Made by a program: the position numbers and the translations under genes. From Xylographa opegraphella (Eukaryota), in contig JALDZX010000011.1 in assembly GCA_022813865.1 (NCBI GenBank), positions 248,001-312,000 of the forward strand: a stretch of 64,000 bases of DNA, given 5' to 3'. This document shows positions 51,609 to 64,000 of the stretch, piece after piece. Under the pieces are notes generated by a model. That model had not been told where the DNA came from. It ran no database searches and was given only the letters and a program-made list of their open reading frames with translations. Each line of letters starts with the position of its first letter. Position 1 is the first letter of the stretch.

Positions 51609-52353
51609 CTAGCCCAGGTACACCACCGCAGCGAAGACGCTGAGCACGGCTACCAGTGAGCGGGTCAAGCCCGACGCCGCACTGGCGGGTGTGACGGAGG
51701 GGCTGGTGCTCGAGCCGGTGGCGCTTCCGGTTGTGGTGGCGGATAGCATGGCCGTGGACGTCAGGACGGGTGTAACGACGGTGGTGCCGTTCGTGTAGAC
51801 GGGTGGGACGACGGAAGCGGTCATGGCGGGCGCGGTGGTGGTCATCAGGGTCGACATGGTAGATGTGGAGGTGGAGGTGCTGCTGGTGGAGCTGCCAACA
51901 ATGGTGACGGTCGTGGTAGCGCTCGAGGTGGAGGCTGGGGAAGTCATGCTGCTGCTGGAGCTCGCAGCTTGGGCACCGGTGATCGAGAAGCTGGGGGTAT
52001 CGTAGACGGTGGTGCCTTGGGTGATTTCAAGGACATAGTTGCTGGCGTCGGTGAGAGCGTCGGAGGGGGTCCATGTGAAGGTGGAGGCTTGACCATTTCC
52101 TGGGGAGGGTTTAGCTGAAGTGAAAAATGGGGAGTTGGGAACGGCACTCACGCTGTAAGATGGTGGATAGGACGTTGCCGCCTTGTTTGAGAGTGATGGT
52201 GATGACTGATGAGCCGTCTCCGCCCGACCAGCCGATCACGGTGGGCTGGCTGGCTACAGCGCCTCCGCTGGGATATTGGGTGATGGAAATGCCTTGTGCG
52301 AGAGCAGCGACGGCGAAAGAGGCACCGAGAAGGAGAGCCTTGGTGAAATACAT
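51609..52353 (-). CDS. GPI-anchored Ser/Thr-rich cell-surface protein with Kre9/Knh1-like N-terminal domain, intron near 52102-52150
   Basis: Signal peptide; ITITLKQG, FTWTPS, NYVLEITQG, PSFSI; S/T stalk; hydrophobic C-terminus. Confidence 0.85.
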
Positions 52354-53313
52354 GGTGATGTTTGAGAAATTGGAGACTGCTGAAGAATCGACCTTGTCGT
52401 GACAGGGAAAGACCGAGACGGAAAGTCGAGAGAAATAATTCTACAGAGCAAGATGGAAATGAGTGACTGTAGGGAAGACAAGCAGTTCGCGATGGTGATG
52501 AAGAAGAATTGAAGGGAAGATATAACACAAGAAGGAAATCATTAGCATTGAGACAGCTTATTATAGCATGCTCCAGGAACAGAGTTCTCCTGACGATCGT
52601 GCTGACGGTTGCAGCCTTGCAGGCATTGGAGATTGTGGTGGCTTGGGAACACGAGCAGCGACTGGGCAAGGGTTCATCCTCTGTGTCTTAGCCCCGCGCG
52701 CAACAGCTGACAGTGGTCGGGACATGAAACGGGGATGGCTGTCAGTTCGTATTCCGGAGCCGCTGGTGCACAGTCAGAGCGGTGAAGTCCGCACTGTACG
52801 TACAGACGATGGACGTGCATGTTGGGGTGGTATCCAAGGGCTGCAGAGGAGCGTTGTTGCTCTTCGCTCCTTTCATGCTCCGGCGTCAAACTCAACAGTC
52901 GCTACTCGCTGCGGAGGACAGCCGGCCCGAGACTGCTAGGGTTGAAGACTTCTCAAAATAGATGTCCTTATTAGGTAAGGTACATTACCGAAGCGATCAT
53001 CGTAGGGCGTAGCGTCGTCTCCTTCGGCCGGATTCGGTGCTGGCTTCCGACGGCCCACTAGCCCCTAAACAGATGAAATCCCATTCAGGTTACGGATATT
53101 AGTAAAAGATCCCAGCGGTAGGGACACCGGTCTCTTGGTATGGCCTAATCTGGCATATCGTCATGTCGAAAACCGAACGGGCGTCTTTGGGGAAACTTTA
53201 TTGTTTTCATTTATACTGCGTTGCCTTCGCGCTCGTTCATCCCCCATCTCCTTGGTCCTGCCTTTGCATTGTACTTCCAGCAGTGAGAGCCTGAATTCCG
53301 TGTCCTCTTCACG

Positions 53314-54410
53314 ATGTACTCTCTTCGGTCTCTTTTTCTACTTTCCCTCTATTGCACTGCTCAGGCAGTGGGGGTGACTGTTGTTCCTGCTTGCTGCTCG
53401 ACCACTGCACCTCCTTCCACGGTAACCGTCCCAGTGACTGTGTATGTTGAAAACCATCCTCATGCCAGGCAACACGCTCACAAATTGTAGCACTGTCCCA
53501 GCCACAGTGACCGTTACCACCGGCACTCCGTCGTAGGTGCCTGCTATAACCATCAGCTGCGAGCAAATTGCTAATGAAAACCAGCACATCATACGTCTTC
53601 CTGCCTGGCAACTCTCCAGCTGCAGTCGCGCCTCGAGCAAGACGGGAGTTAAAACCTGAGATTCAGCCTGAAGATACGCTCGAGAAGCGTGCTGCCTGTA
53701 ATGCGGATAATTGTCTCCGTGCTCTGAGAGGTCATACTGGCGCGCCTTTCTGTGCGACATACACAACTGCCACACACACTGCAACCACCGGGCTTCCTAC
53801 CTATATTCCTGCGGAGTGTAATCCCTCCCGGATCTCCAGTGCGTGCTCATGCCTGACCACCACTTCCACCCTTAAAACCTCAACGACCACTACCACGATG
53901 TCGACCAGCACCACCTCCACGACGACAACTACCACGACAAGCTGCGTCTGCCCCACCCTGCCCACTCCCACCGTCACCCAAATAGCAACCGCCACAAGTG
54001 TAGCGACAGTCAGCGTGCCCGCACCTCCTGTGGTAAGCACCGTCTACCCCTGCGCCGATCCGCTACCTTCTCCGGGTCCCGCGTATGGCGATTATAGTGA
54101 CAACAACGATCTGGGTCTGCAAAACAGTCTCTACTATCTGAACACCCCCGAAGGAGCGTCCGCCTCCGCCTGCTGCAACGCCTGCCTTTTCGAAGTCCCC
54201 AACTGCATTCAGGCCTACTTCTACTTCTACGAGGGCTGCGTCGTCAGCCAGGCCACCAACCTCGGGTCTGCAAGCGGCTCGGGCGTGAGTTCGTCGTGTC
54301 CGGCGGGAACGTTCAACGGGCTCAGCTACGGGCCTGACGTGGATCCAGCGTTTAGGAGCACGGGAAATATCATCGGGCCTTGCGGGCAGGCGTACACGAA
54401 TAATCCCTAG
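53314..54410 (+). CDS. Secreted Cys/Thr-rich modular protein (two 5' introns)
   Basis: Spliced signal peptide MYSLRSLFLLSLYCTAQA; KR followed by ACNADNCLRAL...FC..YT...C..SRISSACSCL module; Thr stalk; C-terminal Cys-rich module. Confidence 0.78.
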
Positions 54411-54927
54411 ACGAGGGGATGTTTTTCATGTATATAATTCCATAGGGGTGTTGCATAGCTTGCTAATATAACCTGTGTTCTTGCATACCAGACCCAGAGT
54501 CTTCACTCAGTGGTTTGCTTTGTAGAGCAACTTCGGAGCGAGCGTTAGAGTACTCCGTAGAGGACTCCGCAAAAAGCGCCTCACAATTTCGCTTCTGCGG
54601 TTCGCGAATCTCAACCAATCATTATCGTAGCCGCCCGGTTCCAGCCTGATCGGGATAGGGGTAAGGTATTTGACTCTCGGCGCCAAGAGAAGGCTCGGGT
54701 CCTGCGGTCCAGACTCTCAGCCACAGGCTTTCCGTCTGTTGACTTTGATGGTGCATCGCCATGCGGCTCAGCCTCTCTTCTGCAGCACAAATGCATTGAC
54801 AACCCCTCCCTCGGACACTTCAGGTCTTGTCCAGCGTCGTAGAGAACTTCCATAAATTGCTCGAGTTGTGCATCTGGTCCTTTTGCATCACAGCACCCGT
54901 GCAACTCGTCGTCTGCAGCGTGCGAGG

Positions 54928-56496
54928 ATGACGCGAACACTCTTTGCTGCTGCTGCAACGGCAGCGACCCTCCTTTCCTTCATCGGCGCCAGCCTTGCGG
55001 AGCCAGCGGTGCTGGGGGCGAGCTTCAGGAAAGAGGTCAACAGAGATCCGACACACCTCAACCGCCTCGCCAGCCGCCAGAACTCCGTCTCCGCAAGCAT
55101 CGAGAACGCTGACCTCCTGTACCTCATCAACGCCACCATCGGCACACCCCCGCAGTCGTTCGGGCTCCAACTCGACACCGGAAGCAGCGACATCTGGGTG
55201 CCTGCCACCAACGCCGATGTCTGTCAGCAAGACCCGCGAAGCTGCTCGCTGTTCGGCGCGTTCAACTCGAAGAACTCCAACTCCTTCGTCGACGTGGCTC
55301 CGGGCCAGTTTCAGATCTCCTATGTGGATAACAGCGGTGTGACGGGTGACTACATGAATGACACTTTCGCGATTGGCAAGACTGCTATCAAGCAGCAAAC
55401 AATGGGTCTGGCCACTCAGGCGAGTCGAGCGCTTGGAATCATGGGGATTGGGTTCGATTCGGGCGAATCCATCGCATCGTCGGGGCAAGAGTATCCAAAC
55501 GTCATCGCTCAGATGAAGCTCCAAGGCTATATCAAAACAATGGCTTATAGTCTCTGGCTCAACGATCTCGGTAAAGCCGTCCTTCCCCACAACACACGAC
55601 ATCTGCTAATCCCAAAAACAGACAGCAACGACGGATCCATCCTCTTCGGCGGCGTCGACACCGCCAAGTTCCACGGCAACCTCATCTCCGTCCCCATCCA
55701 ACCCGACACCGACACCCAAGCCATCACCTCCTTCACCGTCGTGCTCTCCTCCGTCACCGTGCAGAACGGCAGCGGAAGCACGCAATACTCGCAACCCAAC
55801 CTCGCGGTGCCTGTCATCCTCGACAGCGGCACCAGCCTCACCTACCTACCCGACCGATACGCCAACGCCATCCTCAGCGGCGTCGGCGCGACCAACGACC
55901 CCAACTACGGCTACACGGTACCGTGCAGCCTCAGCAACACCGACGCGACCTTCAACTTCACCTTCGGCGGCCCTGGCGGCCCGACCATCGGCGTCGGCAT
56001 CAACGAGTTCGTCGTCCCCATCGTCACCCTCGACGGCAGCGTGCCCACCCTGCAGGACGGCAGCCCCGCCTGCAACTTCGGCATCAACCCCGCCGGCGCC
56101 TCGCCCAACCTGTTCGGCGACACCTTCCTGCGCTCCGCCTACGTGGTGTACGACCTCGAGAACAAGCAGATCGGGCTCGCGAACACGAACTTCAACGCCA
56201 CCGGCTCCAGTGTCACCGAGTTCACCAACTCCGTCATCCCCGGCGCGTCCGCCGCGCCCACCACCCTCGTCGTCGCCCAGACCTTCTCCGGCATCCCCTT
56301 GGCCACGCAGACCCAGGCCGGCGGCACGGGCATGGTCACCGCGGCCGCGACGCCCACGTTCGTGCTCGGCACCCCAGGCGCGAAGTCGGCCGCCACAGCC
56401 GTGCTGGCTCCGGGTCCGCCCATGGCGCTCCTGGCCGCGGGGCTGGTGGCCGCCATCTCCTTCGCTCTCGGCGGCTCGCTCGTCTGGCTGAAGTAA
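54928..56496 (+). CDS. Aspartic protease, yapsin/OpsB-like, probably GPI-anchored (in-frame intron 55571-55621)
   Basis: Catalytic DTGSSD and DSGTS; IGTPPQ, YSLWLNDL, GSILFGGVDTAKF, FGDTFLRSAYVVYDLENKQI; hydrophobic C-terminus. Confidence 0.93.
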   Translation: MTRTLFAAAATAATLLSFIGASLAEPAVLGASFRKEVNRDPTHLNRLASRQNSVSASIENADLLYLINATIGTPPQSFGLQLDTGSSDIWVPATNADVCQQDPRSCSLFGAFNSKNSNSFVDVAPGQFQISYVDNSGVTGDYMNDTFAIGKTAIKQQTMGLATQASRALGIMGIGFDSGESIASSGQEYPNVIAQMKLQGYIKTMAYSLWLNDLGKAVLPHNTRHLLIPKTDSNDGSILFGGVDTAKFHGNLISVPIQPDTDTQAITSFTVVLSSVTVQNGSGSTQYSQPNLAVPVILDSGTSLTYLPDRYANAILSGVGATNDPNYGYTVPCSLSNTDATFNFTFGGPGGPTIGVGINEFVVPIVTLDGSVPTLQDGSPACNFGINPAGASPNLFGDTFLRSAYVVYDLENKQIGLANTNFNATGSSVTEFTNSVIPGASAAPTTLVVAQTFSGIPLATQTQAGGTGMVTAAATPTFVLGTPGAKSAATAVLAPGPPMALLAAGLVAAISFALGGSLVWLK

Positions 56497-57346
56497 ACGG
56501 GGCAGCCAGCCGGGCCGAGGCTGGGGCGCGTGTGGATATTTACGAATTTTCTTTGTTTTGATTCCAACCTCGTCTACGTATCTAGCGCTTCTTTGGTTTT
56601 GGAGACATAAGGCACGGCCATGGGTAGCATAGTGCGAGCCGGGAGCGGGCGTGCGCAATGAAGATTCTGATAGATAAAGTATCGATGCATAGCGTATCGC
56701 AGTCTTGATTCCATTATACACTCCAATGCAAAGCGAAGTGATTACTCCACCAACGACCTTCCGGGCACGTAGTCTGAGCGAACTCCCATCGCCCGGCTCT
56801 ACGACCACGGCCGAGGCCAGCCACGGGCTCAGCTCGTAAGGTGTTGGAACGGCGCGGTCGTGTACGCTGTAGGGTAGTGTTACTCGGGGTGGATTTGGTC
56901 TGATTCAACACGAACACGTCGCTGTAGCGAGATGTAATATAAAATGACATAGAGATGCAACGAAAGTCGGGTCCCTAGAAATACGATTGCTCTATCTACC
57001 TAAGATGGAGGACCGTCTCCTTCGGCTGTGCAATCCCAGCCATACACATGCCCATGATGCCCATGAAGCCCATAAAGCGCCAACTCCCTCGTCCATTGCC
57101 AACAGCGGCCGATATGTGCCATGGGTATCTAATATCTCCACCAAGCGCCCGCTGAAATACAAAGTCCTGGAAAAAACAGCGGAAACAGCCGCGTGTCTGC
57201 ACAAGCAACGCCATGCCTTTCGTGAAATATGATGTCATGAGTGCTGATACAATGCTGAGATGACAGTAACAGCCCCGTCTTTGTACCATTCTCGTGGATG
57301 CCCCGCCATATGCTCGATATAGCGAAGTACTGGTGTGTCTACATTA

Positions 57347-60300
57347 TCAAACATTCTTCTTGCCGCGATTTTGACTACCCGGCTTGCTGTTAGCCCCGCG
57401 CTGCATCATATGTCGGAGTGATTGGAATATGGATAGATCTGGGGGTCTGGACAGTGACGAAGGAACAGTGACACCTACGCTCTCGTCTTTGTCGTCTTTG
57501 TCGCCTTTGTCGCCTTTTTCGTCTTTGCTGCCCGCCCCAGCTATTTCAGCAGGATCCGTATCTATGGTTTCCGACACCGCCGGTCCGTTGTGCCGAGGTG
57601 TCCTAGGTGAGCGAGGAATCTGCCTTGTTTGAGTAGCACTACGAGATCTCGAAAACCTCGAGCTAAGCTTGTGACGAGCTCCGTCGATAAGTTTGCTTAA
57701 AGATTCATCAGTCTTGTTGAGATCGTTGAAAGTGTCTTCGGCGTTCTTGCGATAAGACTCCTGGTCAGCAGCATTCTTGTACGCATGGCGTTCAACGGAT
57801 TCCGCTAGTAATTTCGCAACCACCATAACGTCCAGCTCCTGAAAAGGTCTTAGTCTTCCGTTCGTCAGTTCTTCACCTATCAAAGCGCCGATACGTCGAC
57901 CAAGGGAGCTCCTGAAATCATTGCGGCTTTCCAAAGTCATCTTGAATGATTCCGGGTTTACCATTTCTGCGGCTGCTCTCGTGGAGACAGCTGCGGTGGA
58001 GTCGTACGGAGCGAGGAAATCTGAATCTCCACTGGACGGAGGTCTATCATCGATGGAAGGGGTTCGAAGTCGTTCATTGCGAAGCGTCTGAGATTCTCCA
58101 TTTCTCAGCGTACGCTGTTCTAAACCAGCAGCTAGAGTTGAGTCCGGCGACCGTGATATAGAGCTCTGTCTTACTTGAATATTAGGGCCATGTACAGGGT
58201 CCATGTTGGGTACCGATTGTTCAAGCTCGTCTAAATTATTGAGATTTGAAGGATTTAGTGTTGTTTTAAGTCGGTTTGGCACGGCTGCATCTGCGTTTAT
58301 AAGCAATACGGAGTCAAGACCATGTAGGTTAGCGATTGCCCCTGTAGTTTGATCGCTGACGGCGTCAGTGCTGGCGCTGTTAGTCAATCTGGTAGGTGCA
58401 GTAATACTATCGAAAAGATTCAGAGATAAGTCAGGCCTTCGTTGTTTATTTCGAGTTGTCGAAACGTCAGGATTGATTAGTGGTATTAAAGCTGAAGCCG
58501 AATCAAGCCCACGGGTTTGGCGAAATTGTTCCCACTCATCATTGGTCATTGATGATGACGACGGAGGACCACGCATATTCGATACCAGGTCGTTGCTCTC
58601 TGGATGCAGATGATTTCGTGCTCCACCCTGATCTATAGATATCGGAAATGGGCTAGGAGCCTTCGTTTTACCGTCATGGCGCAGTAATGGCTGTGTTAAT
58701 TGAATGCCAGCAGTGTGTGCCGCAACCGGAGGGTGAACTGGCGGAACGGTGGTACGATTCAATAGTTGTGCCTGTTCTTGAGCAAGCTCAAGTTGTCGTT
58801 GTTGCTTGACTAACTCATAAGCTGCAGGATTCGTGCGGCGAAGCTGTTCATCTTTTACCATCTGCTCGGCTTCCTTTAGTTCCTCTACTGTTAAAGGCTC
58901 ATCAACTTCCTGCTGGAACGTTTCCGAAAGATCAATGGAGCGTATGATACATGTACTATAAAGATTAGTTACTACACTGCACTATACAGGAAAAAACTTA
59001 CTCGTCTTCGGAAGCTAGGATCTTATCTAGAACATTTACATCCTTTCCCACAAATTCACGAAGATCTTTCTGCTCGACGGCCTTCGGCTCAAACAGGTAT
59101 TCACGAGCGCCTTTTAGAGCATGGCGCATTGGATTCTTCTTGTCTACCACACGAGTAGCAAGCTGCAATTTAAAGAGTGACTGATCCTGTAGCGCTTGCT
59201 CGAAGGTTCCTCCAACAGTCAAGCGGTATACAAATACGTGCTTTAGCTGGCCAATTCGATAAGCTCGACCGATAGCTTGCTCTTCATACATAGGGTTGAA
59301 GGTGTCGTCCATGATAATAACGCGATTGGCACCAAACAGGTTAAGTCCTTGTCCACCAGCCCTTGTAGAGATCAAACAGACATTGACGCTTTTTACTTGG
59401 TTGAAGTCTTTCGTCAGTTGTTGTCGGCTTGACATATTTGTTTTTCCGTCTAAACGTTCGTAGGCATAGCTGTTTTTTCTGAGTAAATTCCCCACATAAT
59501 CGAGCGTATCAAGATTGTGTGAAAAGACAAGGACTTTGTCGTGCACAGCTATCGAGAGCTCTATTATCTGCAATAGGAGTTGCATCTTGTGTGCGAAAGC
59601 TATGGAGTCAATTGGAATGCTCTCCTGTGCAAGACGCGCGATTTGCTCGTCTATCATGGCTTTAGGAAGACCGACATTCTCAACCGAGTCCTCTAGAAGT
59701 TCGTCGATGTCTTCTTCCAAAGCGACTGCAGTTTCCGTCTGGCTTTCCAATTCTCTGGGCTTCGTCAGCTTGACCATATTTTTTTTAATTTTCTGTTTCT
59801 TTGGCTCTTCCATGAGCTTGTGTTTGAAGCATAATGGGTGATTGCAAAGAAGTCTTAAGATTGCCAACCAAGCCCATAACCTTGCAGATCCAGGCTCTTT
59901 TGATTTGATGGCGGTAAGCATATAGTCCACATAGAGCTTATAAGAATCATGCTGTAGCTGTGTAAGTGGTACGCGAAGTACGAATTCTGTCTTTCCCTTA
60001 AGTCGGCCTTTAAGGATACCAACGTCTGCTCGATGAACCTTGGGAGCTAATTCTGCCTTAAGAACTTGAAGCATTTTGAGACCCTTTCTCTTATGATACT
60101 GTGTGGCGTCTGCAAATAAGCCATCGCTGATTGGCTCAACATATTTATAGGAGAACTCAGCCCGGCTGCCAAGATATCCCGGTGCTATCCAGTCGATAAT
60201 CGTATAATATTCCATAAGATTGTTTGCGAGAGGAGAGCCAGTCAGTGCGATACGTCTTTTCGACGCAAATCCTTGAACTGCCTTGGAAATATCCGAATTA

Positions 60301-63300
60301 CGAGTCTTGATTGTATGAGCCTCATCTGCAACAATAACAGTAGGAAGCTTTAAGAGTTGAGATCGTGCTCTTTCATGTTCTTCGTCTGTCAGGCTCTGTT
60401 TCTTGCTTTCTGTTTTGCCTCTTGGTTTGTTGTGAACTAGATTCTTAAACATATTGTAGCCCACAAGAAGAACACCCCCGTTGTCTGCCCATTTCTGAAT
60501 CTCGGCAAGTCGTTGCGAAGGGGTGATGGCCGCGGATATCTTGTGGATATCGCCAAGAATAGTTGACGCAGCACCAGGCATCCACATAAGAACTTCATCA
60601 TACCAATTATCGACTAAGGATGGAGGGCAAAGGATAAGTGCTCGCGTTTTTCGAAGGTCCTCTGGGACTTGGTTGCTGACTATTTCGTTTGTATGTTGAG
60701 ATGCTTCCGCAATGGTCACTAACAGTGTGATGCTATAGCTGTTAGAAGGGAACCAACCATTATAGCTGTTTTACTTACACCTGCATTGTCTTTCCAAGGC
60801 CCATCGAATGGGCAAGAAGACAACCTTGTTCTTGGTCATTCGTCACAATCTCGCTCCACATAAACTGGATTCCCTCAAGCTGATGAGGTTGAATCCGCGT
60901 ACCGATGTCCTTATTGATCACTATCATCTCCTCATCCGCTTTGCCATTTACAATCATTGTAAGTGGATTTTCGGAAGTTGCGCCCATTTTGGTGAACTGA
61001 CTCTGAAGTTGAGCTTGCCTTTTGAGACGTTCTTGAAATCTTTGCTGATTATAGTCACGCATTTGCAAAGCTGCCTGACTCTCAGGTACAGCATACTTGC
61101 GCTTCTTGTGCAAAGTACGATTGAACGAATCTGGCTCATCGTCTATGCGTTTCTGCCTCTTTTGCGACAAAGACTTTGACCCGGAAGACATCAGTCCACT
61201 TTTTGCTTGACCATTTCTTCTTTCCTCTTTTCGTTTATCTGCATTGAGTTTGATCGTGTCAAGGCGCTCAACAATGAAGTTATAGAACTCTCCAAACCCA
61301 GCTTCGCTATCAATGGTTTCTTTGACGTGGCTTTGCGGTATACCATGTCTTTCCGAATAAACCCTGCACATATGCCAGCTGACATACCACGCGGCAATTT
61401 GCATGAAAGCTTCAGAGCCATCTTCAGGTTGTCTCAAGCTTGTCGCTTGTCGTTTGATTGCGCTCAGTGCCATCCATATATCCCATTGAATATCAACAGA
61501 AGAGCTAATAGAAGTTGCAGCAAGAGTCTCTTCCCGTGTTGCAGCCGGCGTATGTGCGATGATCCATGTGAGTAGCCGTTTCCGGTCTTGGCGTTCTACC
61601 AGAAGTGCGCAGTCTAGACTTGCGATTCCCTCGATGTCTTGCAAAGCTGGCAGCATCTCCTTAGAGGGTGAAGATAAAAGACTTTTCCTCGTTTTAGGTG
61701 TAACTGGAGGTTTATCCGTGATGTAAGCATTGTCAGTCATGACCGTATCATCGCTCTCTATGTTGATGACGTTCGATGGTGTTGGCGGAGTTCTAAACAC
61801 AGGCGGAGCAGCTCTTCGGGCGCGCCGGAACGGATTGCGATTATCCAGAGGAGGAGTACGTATTCGATATTGCTCTTCTTTGATTTGTGGTAACAGGGGC
61901 TCTGAACTATCAGAGAGCTGCGTCAGATCAATATAATCAGGCGGAGCAATTAACTTGTTCACCAAGCCACGCGTGGCTATAGCCTCATGGAGATGCGTCT
62001 CACCCGGTGCAATATCTAGAAGAACCGGCGAAGATGACAGCAGATTGTCATCATCACTAGATATATCACGCGATTTAACATTACCAACCAGGAGCACAGA
62101 ATTGGGACTTGGTGTGTTTACTGCAGAAGATGAATATCGGTATTCTTTCCGGAGTTCAGACGGCGTGCTGACATCGTGGCTCTCTTCATTCACATCTAGC
62201 GGGGTCACATCCTGGCTCGTCATGTCAATATCTTCATCAGGACTCTGCGCTTCGTGCAGAGAGTCTCGCATGAGGCGCTCATCTTCACTTTCATCACCTT
62301 CATCAACGATAAAGTCGTCGAGACCGGAGGAGGAGCTTTCGGTGCCGTCACTGTTATCCGTTTCCAGGTCCTCTTCATCTTCTTGCAAGGACTCTGGTAT
62401 ACTTCTATGCTTTCTCACTTTGGGTAGTTTTTCTGCCTGCACACGCTTGTGTGGCGGAGACCTTAGTTCTAGAATACCGATTTTCCATTTCTCGAATTCC
62501 CGATCAAAGACGGTCAGTTGCGCTGATTGACATTGCTTCATCACTTTCTCCACTTTGGACCAACGCTCGAGGATGATCTTATCTCTAATACGCTGAAGGT
62601 ACTGCTCAAGTCTCGCTATTTCACTGGCGCACCGTTCAATTTGAGCTCTTTTACTCTTATCGCGTCTTGATCTGGTCCATAATCTCCATGCTTTACCGTC
62701 AAGCATCGGTAACTTTTTCACTTTCCAGTCAGTGACCAGACGATCCATGGCGCGTTGAATAGCATCTGATACCTCGTCGTTGCTGAGGTGCTTATGCTTG
62801 GACACGCCGACTGGTCTCTCCAGCCTTCGTCCTTGTTTAGCTTCTTCCTTCTCAATTTCTTGCCAGGTATCTAGATCGAGTTCACCATCCGAACCTGAAT
62901 CTCCATACAATGGTAGCACATCATCGCCATTGGCTCTGTGTCTCCATTTCTCAAGGAAATCCCAATCATGTATCTCGTTCTCACCCAGGTGAGAAAGTAA
63001 AGAATCGTTACCAAGGTCATCAGAAAAATTGGTAGCGGAATGGCTATGGGGAGACTGACTCTTGACCCATGCTGCGCGATTTACCCGCTTTGTAATGAAT
63101 CTTGGACCAGTTCCGGACATCAAAGTCAACGACAGGGGCTGATGACGTCTCACACTCTGGACAACACGTGCTGGGTAAGGAATGATACCATATGAAATTT
63201 CAGATCTTCTATCCAGAAGTATTGGCCCAGGTTGTGAAAGGAAGAATTTCAACCTGTTGCTGACATAAAGCTGAGCGCCGCTTCCAAATGAGTGATGATT

Positions 63301-64000
63301 TGAGAGAAACCAGCTGTCGCGCCCATTTGCCGCTTCCTCGCTCTCAAGCGGAAATATCGTGTCTTTTGGCTCATCATAACTGACTGCTGAACCAATGGCA
63401 GTGTCGCCATAGAAGATTTTGTCCACTGGCAGAGCGTCCACCCCTAGATATACATTGGAATATCGTCGTCTTGCAGACTTCAAATTTGCGTCCAACTTTA
63501 CTGTATTCGCGGGGCATTCTTCCAGGCCGCCATTGGAGACAGACATAATCTCATCTTCACCTCGTAAGGACATGATGGACGATATCGACCCGTCTTCCTG
63601 ACCCTCTTCATTTGCCGACTGAGTAATGAGAATAGGCCTCATGCGCTTCCGACCTTGTGCATCGATTTCTATTTTGCCAGGCTCTTTATGATCCGCCGCA
63701 AAATGAGGCATAGTAGCAATCGAATCGTCTCCAATAGGATCAGTCTCCGCACTGATATGCGTGGGAATAGATGGAGTAGCTGTGTTACGTCCGGCATATG
63801 AGGGAAGGTTGTCAAAAGGAAGGTCGGTGGTATCCTTCAGTAGATCCGGAATCTCCTTTTGAATGATAGAGCTTCCTTCCTCCATCACTGCAAAATCATC
63901 TAGAGATTTAAAATCATCGTCGGCAGGAGGCATTGCAGATTCGTTGAGAAGAGGCGCCATGGGTACAACACGTGAATTCTTATCCCCGAGCATGCGCCCA
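57347..64000 (-). CDS. SNF2-family ATPase, ATRX/ARIP4-like; 5' end probably beyond the window; introns near 60736-60779 and 58955-59000
   Basis: GCLLAHSMGLGKTMQV, DEAH, LTGSPLANNL, KVLVFS, STRAGGQGLNL, QAIGRAYRIGQ. Confidence 0.92.

Noticed and set aside
1..64000. CRISPR arrays, rRNA, snRNA, intact transposons
   Set aside because: No repeat-spacer array, rRNA/snRNA motif or transposase/RT ORF seen

Overview
Genomic DNA of a filamentous ascomycete (Pezizomycotina-type genes with short GT-AG introns and CTRAC branch sites; one 50-N assembly gap at 1412-1461). 3.4-20 kb is a block of conserved genes: coiled-coil hypothetical, DUF89/ARMT1 phosphatase, intron-containing tRNA-Ala(AGC), RPF1, YPP1-like TPR protein, RIX1, an MBOAT acyltransferase and an MpaB/DUF2236-like oxygenase, the last two separated by a 134-bp foldback element. 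20.8-36.7 kb is the most unusual part: four co-oriented, highly diverged paralogues of a family I cannot name. They share an N-terminal domain of about 220 aa and intron positions but have unrelated tails; one copy has a TGA created at a splice junction where the others encode Trp. After RIT1, 39-56.5 kb is rich in small, secreted or surface proteins: a 72-aa LRGG-CYSTM-like protein, paraoxonase, NCS1 permease, an acidic-repeat/His-Lys-rich precursor, a GPI Ser/Thr protein, a Cys/Thr-rich protein and a yapsin-like protease. The window ends in an ATRX-like SNF2 ATPase that probably starts beyond the edge. Gene models were spliced by eye and family names come from motif recognition, not database searches.
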